Assembly (NCBI GenBank): GCA_001793855.1
Contig: MGIR01000001.1
Location: 8,645-72,644 of the forward strand
Origin: Candidatus Wolfebacteria bacterium RIFCSPLOWO2_01_FULL_45_19
GTDB lineage: Bacteria > Patescibacteriota > Minisyncoccia > UBA6257 > GWB1-45-9
DNA length: 64,000 nucleotides
Direction: 5' to 3'
Shown here: one piece after another, positions 36,575 to 45,261 of the stretch
Position numbering within the stretch: the first letter of the stretch is position 1
Layout of the letters: every line of letters begins with the position of its first letter
Notes under the pieces: model-generated
The model's input: only the letters and a program-made list of their open reading frames with translations
Databases searched by the model: none
What the model was told of the DNA's origin: nothing
Program-made: the position numbers and the translations under genes

Positions 36575-37981
36575 ATGGCAGAGAAACGTTCGTCAATTGT
36601 TGTTGTAATGGGCCACGTTGACCACGGCAAGACAACACTCTTGGATTACATTCGTAAAACAAACGTAACCGCTAAAGAAGCCGGTGGAATTACGCAGTCC
36701 ATCGGAGCATACGAGATAACCCACCCTTCAACGAGCTCAGGGCAAGCAAGAAAAATAACATTTATAGACACGCCGGGGCATGAGGCGTTTGTGAAAATGC
36801 GCGCGCGAGGAGCCGGAGTTGCCGACTTGGCGATTCTTGTTGTTGCCGCCGACGACGGAGTGAAACCGCAGACAAAAGAGAGTATAAAAATTCTTAAAGA
36901 AACCGAAACGCCGTTCGTTGTGGCGATAAATAAAATTGACAAGCCGAACGCCGATGTTGAAAGAACCAAAGCTGATTTAATGAAAGAAGACGTTTTACTT
37001 GAAGGATTCGGCGGCAGTATAAGCTGGCAGGCGATTTCCGCGAAAACCGGACAAGGCGTGAACGAACTGCTTGATCTTGTTTTGTTGTCGGCTGAAGTTG
37101 AGGACTTTGTTTATAATCCTGAGAATAAAGCGCGCGGAGTTATTGTTGAAGTGGAACAAAGTAGCAGCAGGGGAATTGAAGTATCGGCGGTTGTTAAAGA
37201 CGGCGTGTTGAGGGTCGGAGACGAAATAGCCACTCCGACCGCGGCTGGACGCGTGAAGATTCTTGAAAATTTTTTGGGTAAACGGGTTAAAGAACTTTCG
37301 CCTTCAAGTCCTGCTCTTATTATTGGTTTTGAAAACTTGCCGCAAGTCGGCGAAGAGTTTATGGCTGGCAACGTCGTTTTGAATGTATTGGAAACGCCGC
37401 CGCGGTTAAAGGCCATTCCTAAAACGGGCGCGATAAACATTATTTTGCGCGCGGACGTAGCCGGTTCTTTGGAGGCGATAGCGGATATTTTGAAAGCTTT
37501 GCAAGGAATTGAAATCATAGACGCGACAGTCGGCAAAGTTACTGGCGGCGATGTCCAGCTTGCCATTTCAACCGGAGCCGTAATCGTAAATTTCAAATCC
37601 AAAGTTGAAAAATCAGCGGAAATATTTGCCAAAAACAACGAGGTAAGAATAATTTCCTCAGAAATAATATATAAACTCGTAAAAACAATTGAGGACTTGC
37701 TTAAAGAAGGCGTGAAAGAAATAAAAGGCGAGTTGGAAATACTTGCCGTATTCAGCAAAAAAGGCAATCGTCAAGTTGTGGGCGGCCGCGCTACCAAAGG
37801 TATGCTAAGAAAAGGACGCGCGGAAATATGGAAAGGCGAGGAGCGTTTGGGAGATGGCAAAATTCTTAATCTTCAGGAATCCAAAAAAGATGTGACACAA
37901 TTGTCAGTGGATAAAGAGGGAGGATTGTTTGTGGATTCGGCTGTTATAATAGAAAAAGGCCACCGCGTTATACAGAAATGA
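36575..37981 (+). CDS. infB: Translation initiation factor IF-2 (short)
   Basis: [20 protein letters not shown]; start at 36575 or 36566. Confidence 0.95.
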   Translation: MAEKRSSIVVVMGHVDHGKTTLLDYIRKTNVTAKEAGGITQSIGAYEITHPSTSSGQARKITFIDTPGHEAFVKMRARGAGVADLAILVVAADDGVKPQTKESIKILKETETPFVVAINKIDKPNADVERTKADLMKEDVLLEGFGGSISWQAISAKTGQGVNELLDLVLLSAEVEDFVYNPENKARGVIVEVEQSSSRGIEVSAVVKDGVLRVGDEIATPTAAGRVKILENFLGKRVKELSPSSPALIIGFENLPQVGEEFMAGNVVLNVLETPPRLKAIPKTGAINIILRADVAGSLEAIADILKALQGIEIIDATVGKVTGGDVQLAISTGAVIVNFKSKVEKSAEIFAKNNEVRIISSEIIYKLVKTIEDLLKEGVKEIKGELEILAVFSKKGNRQVVGGRATKGMLRKGRAEIWKGEERLGDGKILNLQESKKDVTQLSVDKEGGLFVDSAVIIEKGHRVIQK

Positions 37982-38304
37982 AACATAGGCCGCAGAGAGT
38001 AAGTTCCTTGATAGAACGGGAATTGAGCGCTATAATAATGCGCGAATTGGAATTTGAGAATTGTCTGGTTACCATTACCGGCGTTGAGGTCAATAACAAA
38101 TTGGAGCGAGCGATTGTCAAATTTAGCGTTTATCCGTCTGAGAAATTAAAAGGGGTATCCGCGATTCTTAACAAGTCCAGAGGGCGTTTGCAATTCTTAT
38201 TGGGACGCAAGATTAACATAATGCCGATGCCGCGGATTGAATTTCATGAAGACAAGGGATTGGAAGAAGCCGCGAAAGTGGAAAAAGCGTTGATGAATAA
38301 ATAG
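37978..38304 (+). CDS. rbfA: Ribosome-binding factor A
   Basis: RPQRV, VTITGVEV, PRIEF; follows infB. Confidence 0.9.
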   Translation: MKHRPQRVSSLIERELSAIIMRELEFENCLVTITGVEVNNKLERAIVKFSVYPSEKLKGVSAILNKSRGRLQFLLGRKINIMPMPRIEFHEDKGLEEAAKVEKALMNK

Positions 38305-38315
38305 AATTAAAATAT

Positions 38316-38390
38316 GGCCGAGTAGCCAAGTGGTAAGGCAGGGGACTGCAAATCCCTTACACGAGGGTTCGATTCCCTCCTCGGCCTCCA
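38316..38390 (+). tRNA. tRNA-Cys(GCA)
   Basis: GGGGA-CTGCAAA-TCCCT, encoded CCA. Confidence 0.94.
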
Positions 38391-38391
38391 A

Positions 38392-38479
38392 GCCCGGGTG
38401 GCGGAATGGTATACGCAAAGGACTTAAAATCCTTGGCTCCTAACGGGGCTTGTGGGTTCGACTCCCACCTCGGGCACCA
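38392..38479 (+). tRNA. tRNA-Leu(TAA)
   Basis: AAGGA-CTTAAAA-TCCTT, long variable arm, encoded CCA. Confidence 0.94.
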
Positions 38480-38749
38480 CGTTGGAAAAGTCAAATCGGC
38501 TGGGGCTTCGCGGCCTTCGGCCGCGACCAAATCGTAAGGATTTTTCGGGGCAAAAAGAAATTCCCGATTCCCTTAAAAGCAGAAAAGAAAAATTTTCAAA
38601 TACTCCCAAGAGGCGGCACTTGCCGCCTCTTGACTTTTGTGGTCTAAAATGCTAGACTTGAGCATTATCGGAATCATAGTTAACCGATAATCTGTGACCG
38701 TAGCGGTTGCAGAAAGCACATTCCGAAACAAACACGAAAGGAGGTTCAT

Positions 38750-39139
38750 ATGAGTCTTGAACAGAACAAGACGTTCGCGTCTGAACTCGAAGCCGAGCTG
38801 CGGGAAGCTGGTCTCCCGTCCGACCCGAGTCAAATCGTTGGCCATCTCTATTGGTTTGGGTGTGAACATGGTTCGCACCATCACATTCTCTCCGGAACGA
38901 TTCAGGCCATCGAGGTTTCCGACGAGGGAGGTCTCGACCTCTACATCACAAATCCTCGTTTCTGGGGCGAGCGGCTCATTAGCATCAAGTACAGCAACAA
39001 GTGGATGGCCTACGTGGACGTCAAGCCTCGTGAGTGGAGCGACGAGGCACTGGAGCGAATGTCCGAAGAAGAGCACGAGCGCGCGATCCAAGAAGACATC
39101 GCGGCCAAGTTCTTCGAGGGCGAGTTCCAACTTCTCTAG
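38750..39139 (+). CDS. Hypothetical protein with atypical codon usage and a strong SD
   Basis: GAAAGGAGG 5 nt before ATG; G/C-ending codons; own terminator. Confidence 0.7.
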   Translation: MSLEQNKTFASELEAELREAGLPSDPSQIVGHLYWFGCEHGSHHHILSGTIQAIEVSDEGGLDLYITNPRFWGERLISIKYSNKWMAYVDVKPREWSDEALERMSEEEHERAIQEDIAAKFFEGEFQLL

Positions 39140-39164
39140 TCGCGCATGCCTCCCACTAACATCG

Positions 39165-39193
39165 AAAGCGGTATGGTTCGCCCTGCCGCTTTT
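39165..39193 (+). terminator. Rho-independent terminator
   Basis: AAAGCGGTA...TGCCGCTTTT. Confidence 0.6.
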
Positions 39194-39467
39194 CTCTTTT
39201 TCAATTTTTGATTTAAGAATTTTCATAAAAGAATTTGCCGCCAATCAACACATTTTTTAATAACTTTTAAATTGAAAAAATGTACTGAAATGAGTTATTA
39301 TTAACTCATTAGAAAAACTTGAAATTGTCATTCGTGCGGCTCCGCCGCCTTTCCGAATTTTCGCGGGCCTTCGCCTCGCCGAAGTGGCTTCGGCCACGCA
39401 GGCGGGGGGAATTTTCCGGAAAAATGTGTTTGGACTAATTCAAGAATACTGCACCACGTAAAATACA

Positions 39468-40529
39468 ATGCGAATTCTTGCCATTGAAACAAGTTGCGAC
39501 GAAACAGCTATAGCTGTTGTGGATGCGAAAGGCGGCCTGAAACGGCCGCGTTTTAAGATTGTCGCGAATGAAGTCGCTTCACAGATTAAAATACATCGCC
39601 CGTTCGGCGGCGTTGTCCCGAATCTTGCTAAGCGAGAACATATAAAAAACCTCCCCATTTTATTTAAAAGAATTCTTAAAGCTAAAGGCTTAAAGCTAAA
39701 AGCTGATATTATCGCCGTTACCGTTGGACCAGGGCTTGAACCGGCGCTGTGGACCGGAATTAATTTTGCAAAAGAGCTCGCGAAGAAATATAAAAAACCG
39801 CTTATCGGTGTTAACCATATGGAAGGGCACCTCTACTCGAACTGGTTTTTACCAGTTCGAGAAATTCAAAATTCAAAATTCAAAATTCAAAATTCCATCA
39901 AGACGATTGTTTTTCCAGCAATCGTTTTGGTTGTGAGCGGCGGCCACACCATTCTTTTGAAGATGGATTCTGTAACAAAGCGGAAAAAACTCGGTGAAAC
40001 TCGCGATGACGCGGCGGGGGAGGCATATGATAAAGTCGCGCGATTGCTTGACTTGCCGTATCCCGGCGGACCGGAGATAGAAAAGATAGCCAAAAGAGGA
40101 AATTCCGAAGCCGTACAATTTCCGCGCCCTATGCTTAACCAGAAAAATTATGACCTCAGTTTTTCCGGCCTAAAAACCGCAGTTTTGTATTATCTGCGTG
40201 ATAACCCTCTAAAAGCCAAAAGCTTAAAGCTAAAAGCTGATATCGCCGCTTCGTTTCAGCAAGCCGCGATTGATGTTCTTGTCGCAAAAACGATGAACGC
40301 CGCTAAGGAATACAAAGCTAAATCCGTGATGCTTTGCGGCGGAGTAGCCGCAAACAAAGCTCTTCGCAAAGAACTTAAAATTCAAAGCTTAAAATTTAAA
40401 GCTGATTTTTACGCTCCGGAATTTGCGTTGAATACGGACAACGCGGCAATGATAGCCGCCGCGGGTTATGTAAGTTTTTTGAAAAAGAAAAAACTGCGTC
40501 TGACCGCGCAGTCAAATCTCAGCTTGTGA
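39468..40529 (+). CDS. tsaD: t6A37 threonylcarbamoyltransferase TsaD
   Basis: IETSCDET, HMEGH, VSGGHT, DDAAGEAYDK, TDNAAMI. Confidence 0.96.
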   Translation: MRILAIETSCDETAIAVVDAKGGLKRPRFKIVANEVASQIKIHRPFGGVVPNLAKREHIKNLPILFKRILKAKGLKLKADIIAVTVGPGLEPALWTGINFAKELAKKYKKPLIGVNHMEGHLYSNWFLPVREIQNSKFKIQNSIKTIVFPAIVLVVSGGHTILLKMDSVTKRKKLGETRDDAAGEAYDKVARLLDLPYPGGPEIEKIAKRGNSEAVQFPRPMLNQKNYDLSFSGLKTAVLYYLRDNPLKAKSLKLKADIAASFQQAAIDVLVAKTMNAAKEYKAKSVMLCGGVAANKALRKELKIQSLKFKADFYAPEFALNTDNAAMIAAAGYVSFLKKKKLRLTAQSNLSL

Positions 40530-40971
40530 GTTCTTCTTTTAGCATTTGCGAAATTTTGTTTCCGTCTGCTCTGCCCTTCACTTGCGGCATTATTAATTTC
40601 ATTGTTTTGCCAAAATCCTTTTGACTTTGCGCGCCTGATTCCGCAACAGATTTTTTAACAATCTCGCGCAGTTCTTCATCCGGCATCTCCGGAGGCAGAT
40701 ACCCTTTTAATATCGCGGCTTCGCTCTCTTCTTTTTTTGCCGATTCTTCGCGCCCGCCTTTTTTGTATTCCACGGCGGCGTCTTTTCGTTTTTTGAGTTC
40801 GCTGTTTATTACGGGGATAATTTCGTCATCGGAAAGCCCCATGTCTTTTTTGCGCAGTTCTATCTCTTTGTTGGCGATTGCCGCGGACAGCATACGCAAG
40901 GTTGAAAGCCGCAAGGCGTCGCCGCTTTTAAGCGCTTGTTTGATGTTATCGGTTATTTTTTGCTTAAGCAT
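40519..40971 (-). CDS. GatB/YqeY domain protein
   Basis: ALKSGD..RLSTLRML, YLP, GRADG; true start at 40971. Confidence 0.9.
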   Translation of the reverse strand: MLKQKITDNIKQALKSGDALRLSTLRMLSAAIANKEIELRKKDMGLSDDEIIPVINSELKKRKDAAVEYKKGGREESAKKEESEAAILKGYLPPEMPDEELREIVKKSVAESGAQSQKDFGKTMKLIMPQVKGRADGNKISQMLKEELTS

Positions 40972-41034
40972 ATTAAAAGTATAAATTGAATCGTGAGACA
41001 TTGACAAGTTTCGGGGTATGTTTATAATACGATA

Positions 41035-41108
41035 AAGCCGCAGATAATGGGCAGGGAATACCCAAGAGTCCCGTTGAGGCGTATGGCGGCTTTGGGTCGT
41101 TTTTTTAT
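41035..41108 (+). promoter_or_regulatory. L10 leader-like RNA (r-protein autoregulation) downstream of a TTGACA-N16-TATAAT promoter (41001-41028)
   Basis: AAGCCGCAGATAATGGG...CCCGTTGAGG...GGCGGCTTT plus U-tract upstream of rplJ. Confidence 0.7.
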
Positions 41109-41115
41109 TTGCATT

Positions 41116-41610
41116 ATGCTCACGAGAAAACAAAAAGAAGAATCGGTTAAACATGGCAAAGAGCTTTTACAAAAGAGCCGAAATTTGATTTTGGTTGATT
41201 TTAGCCGCGCGCCCGCGGAAGCGATGCGGCGATTGCGCCGGGTGATTAAAGACAAGCAATCCCAGCTTAAAGTTATAAAAAAGCGTTTACTTGGCTTGGT
41301 TTTAAAAGCAGCAGGCGCTGATTTTGATTCGGCGAAATTCAAGACATCGGTCGGGGCGGTATTTGTTTCTGGAGAGATAACTGACGTTGCCGGAGATTTA
41401 TATAAATTCAGCAAAGAAAACGAAGGCTTCAAAATGCTTGGCGGGTACAATCTTCAAACCAAAGAATTTGTTAGTGACGAATTGCTTAATCGCATAGGGC
41501 AATTGCCGTCGCGTGAGGTTTTGCTTGCTCAGCTTTTGGGAATGTTTACCGCGCCAATGAGGAAATTCCTTATTGTGTTAAACGAGAAAGGCAAAAAGGT
41601 CGTAGCATAA
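41116..41610 (+). CDS. rplJ: 50S ribosomal protein L10
   Basis: [25 protein letters not shown]. Confidence 0.94.
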   Translation: MLTRKQKEESVKHGKELLQKSRNLILVDFSRAPAEAMRRLRRVIKDKQSQLKVIKKRLLGLVLKAAGADFDSAKFKTSVGAVFVSGEITDVAGDLYKFSKENEGFKMLGGYNLQTKEFVSDELLNRIGQLPSREVLLAQLLGMFTAPMRKFLIVLNEKGKKVVA

Positions 41611-41620
41611 TAGATTTAAG

Positions 41621-41980
41621 ATGGAAAAGTACAACGATTTAATTTCAAAGTTGGAGGGAATGAGCGTTGTTGAGCTTGCCGATTTGGTTAAGGCGCTTGA
41701 AGAAAAGTGGGGAGTTTCCGCCGCTATGGTTGCCGCCCCTTCGGCTGGCTTAGGGCAAGCGGAAGAAAAAACGGAATTTGACGTGATTTTAAAAGCTGCG
41801 GGCGAACAGAAAATAAACGCCATTAAGGCAGTACGCGAAATTACCGGTCTCGGACTTAAGGAGGCAAAGGACCTGGTTGACGGCGCGCCAAAGACGGTTA
41901 AACAGAGCGTAAAAAAAGAGGAAGCTGAAGAGATAAAGAAAAAACTGGAGGCCGCCGGCGCGACCGCGGAGGTGCAATAA
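41621..41980 (+). CDS. rplL: 50S ribosomal protein L7/L12
   Basis: [19 protein letters not shown]. Confidence 0.97.
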   Translation: MEKYNDLISKLEGMSVVELADLVKALEEKWGVSAAMVAAPSAGLGQAEEKTEFDVILKAAGEQKINAIKAVREITGLGLKEAKDLVDGAPKTVKQSVKKEEAEEIKKKLEAAGATAEVQ

Positions 41981-41999
41981 ATGCAATAACATCTTCCGC

Positions 42000-42071
42000 G
42001 GGCGGTTAGCTCAGCGGCAGAGCACTGCATTCACATTGCAGGGGTCATAGGTTCAAATCCTATACCGCCCA
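42000..42071 (+). tRNA. tRNA-Val(CAC)
   Basis: GGGCGGT acceptor, CTGCA-TTCACAT-TGCAG. Confidence 0.92.
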
Positions 42072-42072
42072 C

Positions 42073-42112
42073 AAAAAAGGAATACGCAACACGGATTGCG
42101 TATTCCTTTTTT
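42073..42112. terminator. Bidirectional terminator
   Basis: AAAAAAGGAATACGCAA-CACGGA-TTGCGTATTCCTTTTTT. Confidence 0.8.
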
Positions 42113-42161
42113 AACGGTTTGGGGGTATGATACTGGCGTTCTTTTGAAATTGGGGATGATA

Positions 42162-42830
42162 ATGAATTTCAGAGCCGGTTTAGGAATTGTGTTTGCGGTT
42201 TTGTTTTTGGCTCCAGTATCGTTTTACGCTTTCGCCGCGCCTGAAAATATTGATTTGCAGGCTGTTGTGAAAATTAGCGCGACGCGTGATTCAAGCAATT
42301 ATACATTTAAAGGCGCGCGTCTTCCGAAAAACGGCGAAGGCTCCGGATTCGCGGTAAGTGCGAACAAAATTTTAACCAATGCTCATGTTGTATGGGGCGC
42401 GTCTGTTGTTGAAGTCGTGACATACGACGGAAAAATAATCCCGGCGAAAATCGTTGAATTTGATTCTGATTTGGATATCGCTGTTCTTCGGGTTGATGAA
42501 CGGCTTCCGGCGGTTACGGCGATTCGCAAAAGTTCGGTTGTGCAGGGAGAAGCCGTATACGCGATTGGTCATCCGGAAGGACGACCGGACTGGACTGTTA
42601 TGCCCGGCGTTGTGAAAAGCGTGTATCACATAAGCAACGGCTTTGAAAAAAACGGAGCCATGATACGGCTTATATTGACTAACGCCATTGGAGAAAGGGG
42701 AGCGAGCGGCGGACCTCTTTTTGATTCAAAGGGACGCGTTGTCGGCATTGTTGCGCGAGTTAACAGAATGCTAGACGGCTGGTTGATTGTAGTACCGATA
42801 ACAAAGGTTTTGGAGAGTTTTGTGTTATAA
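42162..42830 (+). CDS. Secreted trypsin-like (S1C) serine protease without PDZ; start approximate
   Basis: GSGF, TNAHV, DIAVL, GASGGPL. Confidence 0.88.
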   Translation: MNFRAGLGIVFAVLFLAPVSFYAFAAPENIDLQAVVKISATRDSSNYTFKGARLPKNGEGSGFAVSANKILTNAHVVWGASVVEVVTYDGKIIPAKIVEFDSDLDIAVLRVDERLPAVTAIRKSSVVQGEAVYAIGHPEGRPDWTVMPGVVKSVYHISNGFEKNGAMIRLILTNAIGERGASGGPLFDSKGRVVGIVARVNRMLDGWLIVVPITKVLESFVL

Positions 42831-42848
42831 TTTATTATTATAACTAAT

Positions 42849-43454
42849 ATGCATACGCTTCCTAAATTGTCTTACGCTTACGACGCGCTTGAGCCGCACA
42901 TTGACGCGCGGACAATGGAAATTCACCACGGCAAACACCATCAGACCTACGTTGATAAACTCAACGCGACACTGAAACTCTTCCCGGATTTGCAAACAAA
43001 AACTGTTGAAGAGCTTTTGAGCAATATCAGCGAAGTTCCGGAGGACATTCGCCAGGATGTCATAAATTACGGCGGAGGCCATGCTAACCATTCTCTGTTT
43101 TGGCGGATTATGTCTCCGAACGGTCAAGGGCCGGAAGGTGAATTGGCCGACGCCATTGTTAAGACATTCGGAGGCCTTGACGGTTTCAAAGAAAAATTTA
43201 CAAATGTCGCGCTGAATGTTTTTGGTTCCGGATGGGCTTGGCTGATAGTTGCCAAGGACGGTTCTTTGAAGATATGCCAGACTCCGAATCAGGATAGCCC
43301 GCTCACAAATGGCGACAGGCCAGTTCTTGTCCTGGACTTGTGGGAGCACAGTTATTATTTGCTTTATCAAAATCGTCGCGGCGATTACGCGAAATCGTGG
43401 TGGAACCTGATTAATTGGCAGGAGGTATCTAAATTGTGGACAAATAGGGGATAA
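42849..43454 (+). CDS. sodA: Fe/Mn superoxide dismutase
   Basis: [25 protein letters not shown]. Confidence 0.95.
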   Translation: MHTLPKLSYAYDALEPHIDARTMEIHHGKHHQTYVDKLNATLKLFPDLQTKTVEELLSNISEVPEDIRQDVINYGGGHANHSLFWRIMSPNGQGPEGELADAIVKTFGGLDGFKEKFTNVALNVFGSGWAWLIVAKDGSLKICQTPNQDSPLTNGDRPVLVLDLWEHSYYLLYQNRRGDYAKSWWNLINWQEVSKLWTNRG

Positions 43455-43530
43455 ACGAAGCGCCGATGTAGATTTTACGGCGCTTTTTTGATACTTGCGT
43501 GACTTGCGTCTTTTTTTGCGTTTTTTTAAA

Positions 43531-43580
43531 AGGTGGGGTATTGTTATATGTAGGTGGGGAATTGTGGATAAATATGGGGA
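43531..43580 (+). promoter_or_regulatory. Probable MraZ operator repeats
   Basis: GTGGGG, GTGGGG, GTGGAT, ATGGGG at roughly 10-bp periodicity upstream of mraZ. Confidence 0.65.
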
Positions 43581-43601
43581 TAACCACCGCATTCTGGGGA
43601 T

Positions 43602-44033
43602 ATGTTCATAGGAGAATATCAACATAATTTGGATTCAAAGAGCAGGGTTGCGGTGCCTTCAAAGTTCAGGGCTAAACTTTCCAGTGGCGCGATTATCACG
43701 CGCGGTTTGGATTATTGTTTGTTTGTTTTCGGTTCCAAAGAATGGGAATCGCTGGCGCAAAAATTAACGTCGCTTCCTTTGGCGCAGGCGAACTCGCGCG
43801 CTTTTGTCCGTTTGATGCTTGCCGGCGCGATGGACGCAGTTCCGGACCAACAGGGCAGAATTCTGATCCCGGATTATTTGAGGCGTTACGCGGATTTAAA
43901 AAAGCAAGTTGTGATAGCCGGTTTATATAATCGAGTTGAAATATGGGATTCCGAGAAATGGCAGGAATACAAGAAGAAGACCGAAGGCGCTTCCGACGAG
44001 ATAGCCGAAAAGTTGGGAGAGCTCGGGATTTGA
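43602..44033 (+). CDS. mraZ: Division/cell wall cluster repressor MraZ
   Basis: MFIGEY, DQQGRILIP, RVEIW. Confidence 0.96.
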   Translation: MFIGEYQHNLDSKSRVAVPSKFRAKLSSGAIITRGLDYCLFVFGSKEWESLAQKLTSLPLAQANSRAFVRLMLAGAMDAVPDQQGRILIPDYLRRYADLKKQVVIAGLYNRVEIWDSEKWQEYKKKTEGASDEIAEKLGELGI

Positions 44034-44956
44034 TGCACGTTCCCGTTCTTTTAAACAAAGCTATTGAGTTGCTTGACCCGAAGCCCGGAGAATTCTTCAT
44101 TGACGGTACTTTCGGAAACGGAGGACACGCGGCCGCGATTGTTGAAAAAATTTTTCCCGGCGGAAAGCTTTTGGGAATCGATTGGGACAAAAAGGTGATT
44201 GCAAACGGCAAAAACGTAATTTTAGTGAACGATAACTACAAAAACATTCCAATGATTTTAAAAGAGAAAAAATTAGGCAAGGCAGACGGATTACTGCTGG
44301 ATTTGGGAATGTCATCCGACCAGCTGGAATCTGCCGGTTGGCGGACCGGACGCGGCTTCAGTTTCAAAAAAGATGAACCTCTGGATATGCGCTACGGCGA
44401 CGATTCGGTAACTGCCGCGGAAGTTGTCAACACCTTCGGCGAGGACGCGCTTGTGGAAATTTTCAAAAAATACGGAGAGGAACGATACGCGCGGCGAATA
44501 GCGGAAAAAATCGTTGAACAAAGAAAGAAGTCGCGCATCATAACCACTTTCCAGCTTTCAAGAATTGTGGAAGACGTTTATCGCCATCGTAGCGGGCGAA
44601 GCTACTCCGAGCGGCCGCCTTACGCGGCCGAGCCGTCAGGCTGTAGGCTCGGACGCTCTAGGATTCATCCTGCCACCAAAATTTTTCAAGCGTTGCGGAT
44701 ATATGTAAATAATGAATTGGAAAATCTGGATAAAATTTTAGACGCCTTGCCGCTTGTCCTAAAACAAGAAGGAAGAGCGGTTGTCATATCATTTCATTCG
44801 CTGGAGGACAGAATTGTTAAAAATAAATTCAAAGAAATGTCGGCTCAAAACATCTTAAAAATTTTAACAAAAAAACCGGTTACGCCGGATGACGTTGAAG
44901 TCGCAGCGAATCCGAGAAGCCGTTCCGCGAAATTACGCGCGGCACAACTGTTATGA
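44033..44956 (+). CDS. rsmH: 16S rRNA m4C1402 methyltransferase
   Basis: MHVPVLL, DGTFGNGGH, PLDMR, SFHSLEDR, NPRSRSAKLR. Confidence 0.96.
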   Translation: MHVPVLLNKAIELLDPKPGEFFIDGTFGNGGHAAAIVEKIFPGGKLLGIDWDKKVIANGKNVILVNDNYKNIPMILKEKKLGKADGLLLDLGMSSDQLESAGWRTGRGFSFKKDEPLDMRYGDDSVTAAEVVNTFGEDALVEIFKKYGEERYARRIAEKIVEQRKKSRIITTFQLSRIVEDVYRHRSGRSYSERPPYAAEPSGCRLGRSRIHPATKIFQALRIYVNNELENLDKILDALPLVLKQEGRAVVISFHSLEDRIVKNKFKEMSAQNILKILTKKPVTPDDVEVAANPRSRSAKLRAAQLL

Positions 44957-45261
44957 CAATCATTCAACCATATAAAAAACTAAATATGTCTTTTTACGCG
45001 CTGGGAGCATCGGCTCTGATAATTTTGTGCAGTGTTTGGGCGATTTATCTTTATAACAGCACTGTTAATACGCGTTACGCGATATCGGAAAAAACTAAGT
45101 CGCTTGAAGAATTGAGTGTTGAAAACGCCGACTTCCGAAGCGCGGTTTCGCGACTTATAAGCTCAGAAAACATGGAATTGTCGGCCGAACGGCTTAATCT
45201 AAAAAAAGAAAGACATCCGGAATATTTTTCAACCAAATGGCCGCTCGTTTCTCATTTCTAA
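44953..45261 (+). CDS. FtsL-like cell division protein
   Basis: TM plus coiled coil between rsmH and ftsI. Confidence 0.6.
   Translation: MTIIQPYKKLNMSFYALGASALIILCSVWAIYLYNSTVNTRYAISEKTKSLEELSVENADFRSAVSRLISSENMELSAERLNLKKERHPEYFSTKWPLVSHF

Noticed and set aside
38424-38609. Possible recombinase C-terminal remnant reading into tRNA-Leu
   Set aside because: No catalytic motif and no duplicated att sequence visible; too weak to call
42825-43625. 266-aa minus-strand ORF and similar long antisense ORFs (37111, 38573, 60686, 6926)
   Set aside because: Shadow frames of well-supported genes on the opposite strand
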